A model generated the notes under the pieces. That model saw only the letters and a list, made by a program, of their open reading frames with translations, was not told the DNA's origin and ran no database searches. A stretch of DNA of 64,000 bases, taken from the IMG/VR virus record IMGVR_UViG_3300027847_001698. One strand, given 5' to 3'. Shown piece by piece: positions 1 to 8,615 of this stretch (position 1 is the stretch's first letter; each line of letters begins with the position of its first letter). Source of the DNA: a virus (Duplodnaviria; Caudoviricetes). A program made the translations under genes and the position numbers.

Positions 1-172
1 TGCCTTCCTGACAAACGACTTCGTCGTCGTCCGCCATGTTGGAGTCGATTGACGCATCATAGGTCATTCCGGAACAGCCGCCGGCAACAACGCTGATGCG
101 TACGAACTGATCTTCGGATTGAATGGAATTGACGATACGCTTGCGCGCTTCGTCAGTGATAGCGAGATTCAT
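1..172 (-). CDS. Fe-S cluster carrier, IscA/SufA/ErpA (HesB) family; 5' part only, runs off the window
   Basis: Manual translation MNLAITDEARKRIVNSIQSEDQFVRISVVAGGCSGMTYDASIDSNMADDDEVVCQEG contains the GGCSG motif. AGAGG RBS upstream. Visibly GC-richer than the flanking DNA. Not in the ORF track. Confidence 0.88.
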   Translation of the reverse strand, partial: MNLAITDEARKRIVNSIQSEDQFVRISVVAGGCSGMTYDASIDSNMADDDEVVCQEG

Positions 173-436
173 GGTCCTACCTCTTCTAGTGCCTGTTCGC
201 CTACGTCCCGGGGGCGGCCGACATGTTGTTCTTTTGTAAACATTGTAAAACTCTTTTGGTAGGTTTTATTTTACCATTCAGGCCCACGGCCTTCAAAATA
301 TGAGTCTGGTGAACTAATCTATCCATAACTAAAAGTATTTAATAATTGTTCTAAATAATAATAACAACAATTTACATGTTATTAAAAGAAAGGAAAAAAA
401 GATGAGCTAGGGGTAACATCATGGGATGCACAAGAA

Positions 437-1171
437 TTGGGGAAATACTTGATTGATAATATTCCCCTAACTCACAAATTAATATATACAGATGGTTCCT
501 ACAAAGCTCAAGTTAAGAACAAAAATCAAAAGGGAAATAAAGTGAAAGAAAGTTTAAATTGGGCATGTAAGCAATCTCTATTAGAAGTAACTACGTCTAA
601 TTGTGTACATGCTTTTTTAAATGAAGATGCCACATCCGAACAATTATTAAATCTTTGTTTCAATCCATTCCATACGGAAGTTACTGTAGATGGTGATAAG
701 TTATATAAATCTGTAATTGAATCATTCGTTTCAGTTTTAGAAGAACTTAAAGACGATGAACGTAGAGAACTAAAAAGAAGTGTAGCTATTAATGCTGCAA
801 TTGCAGGCGGGGTTACAGGGATAACTAAAGGGGTTAAGGGTGTTAAAGATGTAGTTGGGCAAAACTTTTATAGTCCAGATGGCAAACTAACATCTACACA
901 AGCTGCTAGATACTTTAGGATTAATCCAAAGTGGAGAAAGAAAGTCATTAAAGATTTTCTAATACAAGGTGGAGTTAAGCCTCTGGCATGGGGAACAGGA
1001 ATGGCAGCAGCCGCAGCAGGAATAAGTGCTTTGACTTTCTTCGTATATAAAGAAATGAAAAAAGAAGGAAACTCTGAACAAGCAGCTGCTAATAAAGTTG
1101 CAGCTATTTCAAAGAAATTAGGATTTCTTAAACAAGCTAGCAATTGGGTTAAACGGGCTAGGGGAAGTTAA
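437..1171 (+). CDS. Hypothetical protein, possibly virion-associated
   Basis: 244-aa ORF with two Gly/Ala-rich hydrophobic segments; no family recognised. Confidence 0.6.
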   Translation: MGKYLIDNIPLTHKLIYTDGSYKAQVKNKNQKGNKVKESLNWACKQSLLEVTTSNCVHAFLNEDATSEQLLNLCFNPFHTEVTVDGDKLYKSVIESFVSVLEELKDDERRELKRSVAINAAIAGGVTGITKGVKGVKDVVGQNFYSPDGKLTSTQAARYFRINPKWRKKVIKDFLIQGGVKPLAWGTGMAAAAAGISALTFFVYKEMKKEGNSEQAAANKVAAISKKLGFLKQASNWVKRARGS

Positions 1172-1384
1172 TATTAACATTCTATTAGATGAGATTATTG
1201 GGTGCAGATTAAGAATGCCTCTATTTTCACCAACTAAGTGCTATAGGGTATTTTGAATCTAATCCTGAACATGGATAAATATTTATATATTGACATCTTA
1301 CATGTAAATTAAAAATTGTAGATATCATTAAAGGAGTTTTTATATTAGGATCAGGTTTAAAAAAGAATTGTTCTACTCCTACAT

Positions 1385-1639
1385 TCATGATTCACACAAA
1401 GGAAATAATTTTGCATCTGTTTCATTATTCGCAATCCATATCTTTTTATCATCAGGAACTTCTTCTATTTCAAATATAGCGTCTACTGGACATACTGGTA
1501 CACATGCCCCACAGTCTATGCATTCATCTGGATTTATAACTAACATAGCTCCATTATCATGAAAGCAATCAACAGGGCATACATCTAAGCAATCTTTGTG
1601 TCTACATCCTATACATGCATCTATCACGACATGAGGCAT
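1385..1639 (-). CDS. fdxA: 7Fe (FdxA-type) ferredoxin
   Basis: Start reassigned to MPHVVIDAC (GGAG RBS upstream). Motifs CIGCRHKDCLDVCPVDC and ECIDCGACVPVCPVDAI. Confidence 0.92.
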   Translation of the reverse strand: MPHVVIDACIGCRHKDCLDVCPVDCFHDNGAMLVINPDECIDCGACVPVCPVDAIFEIEEVPDDKKIWIANNETDAKLFPLCES

Positions 1640-1814
1640 ATAAAACTCCGTTAAGTATAACATTAAAAAAAAGGCGACCAAGGAAGAGAAGGATAGACGC
1701 CAGTTTACCCATCTCCCTCTACCCATAAACTCTCCCAGTGGCGGAGAAGAATATACCTTGGTCATCACCTTATGGTTCACAATTAATCGAACCATATGGG
1801 TAGATTATAAATGA

Positions 1815-1887
1815 TACACCCGCCCGGATTCGAACCGGGGACTCACGCATTAAAAGTGCGTTACTCTACCAGCTGAGTTACAGGTGC
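1815..1887 (-). tRNA. tRNA-Lys(UUU), CCA not encoded
   Basis: Cloverleaf; anticodon arm ACGCA-CT TTT AA-TGCGT; T-loop TTCGAAT. Confidence 0.93.
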
Positions 1888-2113
1888 ACAAACAACAAAC
1901 TTATTCTGGATTTGAATTTTCCACCTGAACGTTTTTGTTGTTCATGAAATGGGTGTTAGTTTTCATTCTTCGGCTCCCATTCGCACCTATAAGAATATAA
2001 ACAACCTAGATACTTACAGGTGTTGTTAATCCACTGTAAGCGTTACTCCTTAAAGGAAGAAGACCTTTTCGACTAGCAACATCCATCGTCAAATGGGATA
2101 CTAGTTAATCATA

Positions 2114-2189
2114 TGGTACTCCTACCAAGATTTGAACTTGAATAGCCGGTTTAGAAGACCGGAGCTTTATCCGATTAAGCTATAGGAGC
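2114..2189 (-). tRNA. tRNA-Arg(UCU)
   Basis: Anticodon arm CCGGT-CT TCT AA-ACCGG; CCA encoded. Confidence 0.93.
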
Positions 2190-2197
2190 AAACACTT

Positions 2198-2404
2198 TCA
2201 CTTTTTTTGTTCTAAGTGATCCATATCCTGGACCCTGTTTGCCTCGACATCAGCAATCGCTGATGTCGATTCATTGAGCTTCTCAATACCCAGATGGATC
2301 TTTTCCAAGTTTATCGAGATGCTCTTCAGTGCGTCAATTAGATCTGGCACCTGACCGCGGTAAAAGCTCTGCCCGTAACCGGTTTCGTGAAACTGTGGCA
2401 TCAT
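2198..2404 (-). CDS. Small phage hypothetical protein
   Basis: 68-aa ORF with RBS (GGAGA). Confidence 0.65.
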   Translation of the reverse strand: MMPQFHETGYGQSFYRGQVPDLIDALKSISINLEKIHLGIEKLNESTSAIADVEANRVQDMDHLEQKK

Positions 2405-2463
2405 CTTTCTCCATGATAGTTTCTATAGTACTTGTACAACTGTTACTCTGGATCACATCAAGG

Positions 2464-2718
2464 TTAATGCAAAAGGTACCACATTAACATTCCCAAAAAG
2501 GCACCCCAGATTGTTATCGAGATGGTATAAAACAATGGGGTAAAATGTGGTCCATGCGGAGCACTCTTAGACCAATACATCAACCGATCAATAATAGGGA
2601 ATAATGTAAACATCATCATCACCCCGACCAAAGCCGCAATTGCAATAATCATCAGTATTCCCTCCTCTTGATAGTGATTCGTTCCACAGTTTCGGTTATT
2701 ATAGTGTTTCCTGTACAT
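2464..2718 (-). CDS. Small membrane protein; true start probably internal (MIIAIAAL)
   Basis: Two hydrophobic stretches. Confidence 0.55.
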   Translation of the reverse strand: MYRKHYNNRNCGTNHYQEEGILMIIAIAALVGVMMMFTLFPIIDRLMYWSKSAPHGPHFTPLFYTISITIWGAFLGMLMWYLLH

Positions 2719-3005
2719 TCCTCGATTCTCACCGTTCTCCCAATAACCGTTTCAGTAACCGTTGTTATAGAATTACAACATATACCATGTATAGGGCGAC
2801 CCATGTCATCATACACCTGGCGGCAGTTGGAACTATGTTGATGTTGATGTTGGCGCGCACGCGCAGGCGAGACCAGACCATCTAATATATTTATTACTTG
2901 CATGGTCCCTAGAATTTTTCCCGCTATGGCCCACTCGCCGTCACCCGAATGTACCACTTGACTTTGGGTTGAAATGAGGAGGATGATAACAAATAGTTTT
3001 TTCAT
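2652..3005 (-). CDS. Hypothetical protein with signal-peptide-like N-terminus
   Basis: MKKLFVIILLIS N-terminus; ATGA overlap with the upstream ORF. Confidence 0.55.
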   Translation of the reverse strand: MKKLFVIILLISTQSQVVHSGDGEWAIAGKILGTMQVINILDGLVSPARARQHQHQHSSNCRQVYDDMGRPIHGICCNSITTVTETVIGRTVRIEECTGNTIITETVERITIKRREY

Positions 3006-3193
3006 TGTTTTTCTCCGTTGTTAGTGATGAATGGAATTAGAGGAGTTAATAACATCAATCTCCTTTTTGTGTCATTTTTATTAATTGAATACCAAAGCAT
3101 CTTCCTGCCACAATTTGGACATATGGTAGGGTTTTCTTCAGGGTCATCATGAATACAGAATGTACATTGGTACATAAAAAGCTCCTGTTTCAA
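3002..3193 (-). CDS. Small zinc-ribbon protein
   Basis: CTFC...CPNCG motifs. Confidence 0.6.
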   Translation of the reverse strand: MKQELFMYQCTFCIHDDPEENPTICPNCGRKMLWYSINKNDTKRRLMLLTPLIPFITNNGEKQ

Positions 3194-3216
3194 AAATTAA
3201 TATATATAGATAAACC

Positions 3217-4008
3217 TTATCTAACAGGAAAAACTCCCTTTAATGCACCAGACACTAATTTCTTGCATTCAGATGAAAAATTCGAATCTAGCATCCATTG
3301 TAAAAAACCAGGATGTAACTCTGATAGTGTTCTAAGGGTAGTCCCCTTGTGTTTACTAAAATCAATAACTACTTTCCCGTCTTGCCACTTAAACTTCCCT
3401 TGACCATCAACATAAGAAGGATCACGTTGGTCGCAGAATTCATTCAATCCAGTCATATTTTTGGGCAGTTCATCATCAGTATATTTCTTTAATTGAGAAA
3501 CAAAAACTTCTATAGTTGCTTCAACGTCTGCTTGTGCATCATGTGCATCTTGCATATTCTTATCCGTATAATACTCATACGCAGCAGTCAATGTTCTAGG
3601 GTGCATTTGACAATGGATAGAATGACAATCAATTAATTTGATCTTAGTTACATCCCATTCTATTCCACATCTAAAGAACTCTTCTTTCAATAATGGTAAA
3701 TCAAATCGTAATATATTATATCCACATAGATCACAATCATCTAACCATGCAAGTAAAGCCTTTGATATTTGTTTGAATGTAGCTTCTTTCTCTACAGTAG
3801 AATCAAGTATGTTATGAATATTACTTGCTTCTAGTGGTATGCACATTTCAGGATTTATCAATCTATACTTAGTTTCATTGGTTCCATCAGGGAAAACCTT
3901 AATCAAGCATATTGAACATATCCGATCTACATAAGCATTTAGCCCAGTAGATTCAATATCAAAAAATACTAAAGGTTTATTTAATTCTATTCCTAAATTA
4001 GTTTTCAC
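3217..4008 (-). CDS. dnaQ: DEDDh 3'-5' exonuclease, DNA polymerase III epsilon-like
   Basis: FFDIESTG, GYNILRFD and AHDAQAD motifs; C-terminal FSKHKG domain. Confidence 0.9.
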   Translation of the reverse strand: MKTNLGIELNKPLVFFDIESTGLNAYVDRICSICLIKVFPDGTNETKYRLINPEMCIPLEASNIHNILDSTVEKEATFKQISKALLAWLDDCDLCGYNILRFDLPLLKEEFFRCGIEWDVTKIKLIDCHSIHCQMHPRTLTAAYEYYTDKNMQDAHDAQADVEATIEVFVSQLKKYTDDELPKNMTGLNEFCDQRDPSYVDGQGKFKWQDGKVVIDFSKHKGTTLRTLSELHPGFLQWMLDSNFSSECKKLVSGALKGVFPVR

Positions 4009-4084
4009 TTCCTTTTCAGTCTCAGTTAATAGTGTCCTTTAAATTTCATACTTATTTAATCGATTATCTATTTTCCCCATTCTA

Positions 4085-4603
4085 TTACCTTTTGATATCT
4101 CTATATGTCAATAGTGTTTTTGATAGTAACAACATATCATGTGTACCATGTGTTGTATCTGAACATGCCATAGTGATTTCTTCTTGAAGATCTTCTGGCT
4201 CTGATACTTCTACTAGCGATTCATCATCTAGGCCCACTCGTACACCAGAACCATCTAAATCTATTTCCGTATATAATAAATCTACATCCGTTCCATTTAT
4301 TTCACAATAGACTTGAAATGAGAGGAAGTCTTCCCCTAAAGTTCTAACAAATTTAACATTTTTACATTTAAGTAGTTCTTTGAATGCTATAACTGTTTGA
4401 TCCAAGATATGTAAATATGCTACAAATTTCGTATCCATGGGCACAGCCATATTAGTTGACATCAGAACTTTTCCGATGTACGGCGTTATGCCTTTGGATT
4501 TTGGAAGGGCTTTTGGTGCTACTTTAATTGGCGTAGATGGAGTTTTAACTTTGGGATGAATTGTTGCTTGTGGTATAGTTGTCGTGATAGCAGTAGCAGG
4601 CAT
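4085..4603 (-). CDS. Hypothetical protein
   Basis: 172-aa ORF co-oriented with neighbours. Confidence 0.6.
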   Translation of the reverse strand: MPATAITTTIPQATIHPKVKTPSTPIKVAPKALPKSKGITPYIGKVLMSTNMAVPMDTKFVAYLHILDQTVIAFKELLKCKNVKFVRTLGEDFLSFQVYCEINGTDVDLLYTEIDLDGSGVRVGLDDESLVEVSEPEDLQEEITMACSDTTHGTHDMLLLSKTLLTYRDIKR

Positions 4604-4626
4604 AAATAATTCTCAGTATGAAAAGA

Positions 4627-4821
4627 TTATTGTTTCAGGATATGTTTGATCACTCTTATATTTTTACCCCAATTAAATAAACCCCCAAGATCAGCAATAG
4701 TAATCATTGTGTTGATTGCTTTGATATCATGATCAATTGCTTTGGTTGCTTCTTTAATTCTTTGGTTTTGAATCTTGATACTTTGAAGTCTCATTTCTAA
4801 ATCTGTTTTCTGTTTCTTCAT
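4627..4821 (-). CDS. Small coiled-coil hypothetical protein
   Basis: 64-aa ORF. Confidence 0.55.
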   Translation of the reverse strand: MKKQKTDLEMRLQSIKIQNQRIKEATKAIDHDIKAINTMITIADLGGLFNWGKNIRVIKHILKQ

Positions 4822-5303
4822 ATAGATTTTTTATTTTCATCCGGACATGTATGAAGTGGATCATTATCTATAGTCCGTTCGTTGCCACACTCTAGACATT
4901 TAATAATAGTCTTCTCGTCCATTGATTGGGTTTTCCCACTTATCAATTTTTATAACAGTGCTATGAAATGTCTTTTGTGTGACAGTTTCATTCCATGGAG
5001 TCTGCCCTGCACATTCAAATATTTCCATTATATTTCTCCTTTTTTAAATAATTTAAAACTTCCTTTGGTTTCATTTGATGTGGTATCAATTATGTAATTC
5101 CTATCTCGATCAACGAGTTCTGTTTCTTGTCTTCGTAATTTTTCAACTGTATCATTGGGTGAGAAATATATAGAGATTTATCAGTAAATAAAGTTGCGAA
5201 TCTCATTAACTCTATCTATAGCTTTATAAACTGTAATCTTCTCATAAATCATAGTATTTGGTTGTGGTCATAAAAACAAAAAAGACTGAAATTATCTAAT
5301 AAT

Positions 5304-5615
5304 TTATACAACTACAGAATCTAATAGCAGGTCTGACGCATGTACACAATCAACTCTGTTATTGTAACCTTCTGTAGAAATAGCTATTATTCTATTCTTT
5401 TTAGTGTTGGGATTTCTAAATCTAAATCTCCACTCACCTCGTTTATCTTTGAATAGGTCAGCATCATGATCTCTACTCAGTATATAAACCAAGTCTATTA
5501 TCATTTCCTGCTTTTGAAGATATCCTTTGGGACATCTGGCAATTATTTTATTGTTATCTGCAATAAATTTCCAACGGTATCTACCCATTCCGTCTTTCCA
5601 TGTATCTATTCTCAT
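5304..5615 (-). CDS. YegP/DUF1508 tandem-domain protein
   Basis: Two repeats of KD..G.(Y/W)R(W/F).F...N..IIA...GY. Confidence 0.8.
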   Translation of the reverse strand: MRIDTWKDGMGRYRWKFIADNNKIIARCPKGYLQKQEMIIDLVYILSRDHDADLFKDKRGEWRFRFRNPNTKKNRIIAISTEGYNNRVDCVHASDLLLDSVVV

Positions 5616-5674
5616 TTTTAATTTCCATTATTTATGCATTCTTTTTCTAGCTATAGTCTTTCCGCTTATCTAAT

Positions 5675-5962
5675 TTATTCTTTGTAGTTTATAGCAGAAA
5701 CAAGTAAGAGTCTGAAATATGCTTCAGGGTCAGGACATTTATTGAGTGAAACCATTAATGCGGCTTCAAATGGATTTGTTATATTCTCATCGGTCATTAT
5801 CTGCTGCATCGTGGGATCAGCTATTGTTAATACTTTAGTATATTCTTCTTCTGTTGCGCCAGGTCGACCTTCTTTCATTTCTGCCAACATTCCAGAAAGG
5901 GTATTATCAACTGCGTCTGATAATTGCTGAGTTTGTTCAGGTGTTAGTTTTGGAATTTTCAT
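5675..5962 (-). CDS. Hypothetical protein
   Basis: 95-aa ORF. Confidence 0.6.
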   Translation of the reverse strand: MKIPKLTPEQTQQLSDAVDNTLSGMLAEMKEGRPGATEEEYTKVLTIADPTMQQIMTDENITNPFEAALMVSLNKCPDPEAYFRLLLVSAINYKE

Positions 5963-6022
5963 AAATAGTATTGGGTGTTAGAATAAAAATAAAATTAATT
6001 AATCTACTAAGAACAGGAATGC

Positions 6023-6190
6023 TCAAGCATACTTTACCATTTGGTTATCAGACGAATCATCTGAAATATTATCTTGTAAATCATTTATCTTGACATAAGT
6101 AGCCAAGTTACTAGTCTTGACCTTTTCAAGATATTCTTCATATTTATCAGTATCCAAGTGAGTTAATTTAACAACTGCATCTATAACTAC
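6023..6190 (-). pseudogene. Remnant C-terminal half of an HD-domain (RelA/SpoT-hydrolase-like) protein
   Basis: Reads VVIDAVVKLTHLDTDKYEEYLEKVKTSNLATYVKINDLQDN. No start codon; in-frame TAG two codons upstream. Confidence 0.6.
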
Positions 6191-6487
6191 CTTCTAAAGT
6201 GAGTGTCTATAAAGATAGGCGATTTTATCAACCTACCCCAAGAACAAAAAGAATCCTAAACAAGATTTAAATGAGAGAAATGCAGTTTGATGTATTCATA
6301 TTTTCTTTCTGTTCTTTTTGATGTATCCTATAATTTGCCCTCTAATATAGGCAATAGCTCTAGTTCGTATGGTGTTTATTTTGATCCCCCGTTGTTGCTG
6401 TTGTTGATGAGTGAGCTTTTAAATAAAAGTTACGCAACATCACAACGTGGGATCTTTATCAGTACCCCATCACTTCTTTTAATTATA

Positions 6488-6625
6488 TTATTGATATTTG
6501 ATACGACATTCATTACATCTAGCGTTTCTTTTTCCCATCGAAATGCACATTAGACAAGATGCCGAGAATGGAGTTCTCGAAGGAAAACTCGTGTGCTTTA
6601 GGATTTTAATCTCTAAAGGTTGCAT
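6488..6625 (-). CDS. 45-aa ORF with two CxxC motifs, ending in the left direct repeat
   Basis: MQPLEIKILKHTSFPSRTPFSASCLMCISMGKRNARCNECRIKYQ*; may be a by-product of the duplication. Confidence 0.3.
   Translation of the reverse strand: MQPLEIKILKHTSFPSRTPFSASCLMCISMGKRNARCNECRIKYQ
6491..6522. repeat. 32-bp direct repeat, left copy
   Basis: TTGATATTTGATACGACATTCATTACATCTAG, identical to 7639-7670. Confidence 0.97.
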
Positions 6626-6632
6626 TTTTTAA

Positions 6633-7634
6633 TCATAGTTCTTTTACAATTTTCCTTCTAAAAGCCCGAATATGCTCTGGTCCGGTACCGCAGCAACCGC
6701 CGATGATCTGAGCACCAGCCTGTAATAGCTCCGGTACAACAACCGCCATATCTTCAGCACTCTGATTATAGATTGTCTGCTGCTGTTTATCCAACTTCGG
6801 AATACCAGCGTTTGGATAAGCCATCATGGGTTTAATCGGGTTAATGCCTCTTGCCTTCATTGCCTCACGAAGTTCGATAATCCCCTGACAAACATATGGC
6901 ATACCCGTATGTTCAACTCGATGTTGCTCCGCACCGCAGTTGATTCCAAGCACATGAACGAAGTCTAAAAGACTAACGCCATCAGAATATTCGCCGCCGG
7001 ACAGGAAATCAAGTAACGAAGTTGCGGAGTGACCCCAGTCTGTTTTGTAGACGATTTTTCCCGTGGCCCGGTCTTTGGTATATTTATATGTACAGTTGAC
7101 AGCAATTGGCAGGTTGAATCGTCGGATGACATCAACTGCAATAGCTGCTTCCGTAGCAGAGAACATCGTTTCCAAACAGAACAGATCAATACCGGCCTCA
7201 GCCATTCTTTCCGCCACCCGTTCGTGTGCATCGCGCACTTTCTGATTTGGAATGCCGAAATCCGTGCCTCCAGCATCTGTCTCGATAGCTCCGGGTGAGG
7301 GTCCAATCGAACCAGCAACGTAGATATCTCTATCGCTGGCATCGGCTGAAGCCCTAGCAATCTCGACGGCACTGGTGACCAGTCCGTCAGAATCATCGGC
7401 ATCATGATCCGCCATCTCCAAGTGTAGTGGCGAAGCCACGAATGTGTTCGTTCCGATAATATCAGAACCAGCAGCAACGTAGGAATCGTGTACATCCCGT
7501 ACCGCTTCAGGATACAACTTAGTCGCCAAAGCACTGTTTGGCAGCTTAATGCCGCGATTGAAAAGCTCAGTGCCAAAAGCGCCATCAAAAAGAATCGGAG
7601 TCACATCCTGTAGGCGTTCAAGAAAGGTTTGCAT
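6633..7634 (-). CDS. Stand-alone homocysteine S-methyltransferase (Hcy-binding domain of MetH/BHMT/MmuM family)
   Basis: FDGAFGTEL, GTNTF, VAGSIGP, ETM, GINC, YPNAG and GGCCGTGPEHI motifs. Likely start is MQTFLERL at 7634; the ORF track extends it into the repeat. GC-richer than flanks. Confidence 0.93.
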   Translation of the reverse strand: MQTFLERLQDVTPILFDGAFGTELFNRGIKLPNSALATKLYPEAVRDVHDSYVAAGSDIIGTNTFVASPLHLEMADHDADDSDGLVTSAVEIARASADASDRDIYVAGSIGPSPGAIETDAGGTDFGIPNQKVRDAHERVAERMAEAGIDLFCLETMFSATEAAIAVDVIRRFNLPIAVNCTYKYTKDRATGKIVYKTDWGHSATSLLDFLSGGEYSDGVSLLDFVHVLGINCGAEQHRVEHTGMPYVCQGIIELREAMKARGINPIKPMMAYPNAGIPKLDKQQQTIYNQSAEDMAVVVPELLQAGAQIIGGCCGTGPEHIRAFRRKIVKEL

Positions 7635-7974
7635 ATTTTTGATATTTGATACGACATTCATTACATCTAGTATGAAGATCTACCATACCCATATGTTCAT
7701 TCATTAATGAATTTCTTACAAAGTCAGATAAAGAATCTAAAACACAAGATTCTACTATTAATGGGGATTTATGATTATATCCCCTATTAACTAATTCAAT
7801 AGCCAAATCATCATGTCTTTTTTGTAATGATCTAACTTCTAAATAATGCTTGTTAACATACCCATCCATTTTTGTGCCTTTTTTCATTGCCCCATAAAAC
7901 ATATGACATTCGCAATGTTCACCTAATAAATGTTGTCGGCACATTGTAGACGGGTCTACCATCCATAATCGCAT
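7618..7974 (-). CDS. Pyrimidine-dimer DNA glycosylase (DenV/endonuclease V-like)
   Basis: MRLWMVDP..MCRQHLLGEH N-terminus, HDDLAIELVNRGYNHKSPL, C-terminal RCNECR. Confidence 0.65.
   Translation of the reverse strand: MRLWMVDPSTMCRQHLLGEHCECHMFYGAMKKGTKMDGYVNKHYLEVRSLQKRHDDLAIELVNRGYNHKSPLIVESCVLDSLSDFVRNSLMNEHMGMVDLHTRCNECRIKYQKYANLS
7639..7670. repeat. 32-bp direct repeat, right copy
   Basis: Identical to 6491-6522; encodes RCNECRIKYQ of the glycosylase. Confidence 0.97.
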
Positions 7975-7992
7975 CTATTTCTCCAAGTTAAA

Positions 7993-8066
7993 GCGGATCC
8001 AGTAGGAGTCGAACCCACAGTCATAAGTTTTAGAAAGTCGTCCCAATGGAAGACTCTATTCTATGT
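7993..8066 (-). pseudogene. Degenerate tRNA-like element, possible CUA loop
   Basis: Intact T-arm GTGGG-TTCGACT-CCTAC. Acceptor 5' strand does not pair. Candidate anticodon loop TT CTA AA on a broken stem. Confidence 0.45.
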
Positions 8067-8093
8067 AGACAGTTCACAAAGTACCTTTCGTGT

Positions 8094-8288
8094 TCAACTC
8101 TTTAAGACTACGAGCTTTCTGTTTCTCTTGACGGATTTTGGCGCGCCGTCACATAGGTATTCAATCTCTACAATAATTTCACTTTTTTCTTCATAGATCA
8201 TATCCACTATGCCGTTGACTGGGTGTGGTCCAAATTTGAATGTAACCTTATCTCCGCGAGTTAGTTTGTCTACTTCGGATCTAGTCAT
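8094..8288 (-). CDS. Hypothetical protein
   Basis: 64-aa ORF with GGAG RBS. Confidence 0.6.
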   Translation of the reverse strand: MTRSEVDKLTRGDKVTFKFGPHPVNGIVDMIYEEKSEIIVEIEYLCDGAPKSVKRNRKLVVLKS

Positions 8289-8324
8289 TTCTCCCCCTTT
8301 CTTTTTTTCTTATTCATTGTCTTG

Positions 8325-8615
8325 TTACCGTTCTCCTGGTTGCCGTTTCTTCTTTGGTGCATATATAATCGGTGGTGGTTCTATCGTTTCATTCGCATAC
8401 CATGCCCCTATCCAATCTACTGCACTCTTTGGTAGCTTCCAGCACTTCGTGCGTCCATCTCCTTTCGGCCTATCATCTATGGCAATAATGTAGCCACCCT
8501 CTTGGTAGACGCTTATGTTACTAAATCCCCTACGTGTCAGACACTGCGCTATTGGATCGTGTCCTCTCTCTTGTGTTGCCTCTACCATATCTTGCTTTGT
8601 GACTAATATCCTCAT
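8325..8615 (-). CDS. Hypothetical protein
   Basis: 96-aa ORF with RBS. Confidence 0.6.
   Translation of the reverse strand: MRILVTKQDMVEATQERGHDPIAQCLTRRGFSNISVYQEGGYIIAIDDRPKGDGRTKCWKLPKSAVDWIGAWYANETIEPPPIIYAPKKKRQPGER

Noticed and set aside
173-300. Prophage attachment site at the GC/AT transition
   Set aside because: No integrase or att core visible, and a similar GC-rich insert lies internally at 6.6-7.6 kb; cannot be excluded without the adjacent window.
1740-1815. Theta (HDV-like) ribozyme after tRNA-Lys or tRNA-Val
   Set aside because: The structured elements do not start at the tRNA 3' end, and I could not fit the P1/P2/P3/P1.1 topology by eye.
6287-6553. Plus-strand 88-aa ORF
   Set aside because: Low-complexity Ser/Leu-rich sequence against the local gene direction and overlapping the repeat; weak support despite an AGAACAAA at 6241.
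6965-7588. Alternative-frame ORFs within the methyltransferase, and other antisense ORFs in the track (e.g. 15483-15962, 44177-44443, 57476-57871)
   Set aside because: Shadow ORFs overlapping well-supported genes, with no motifs.
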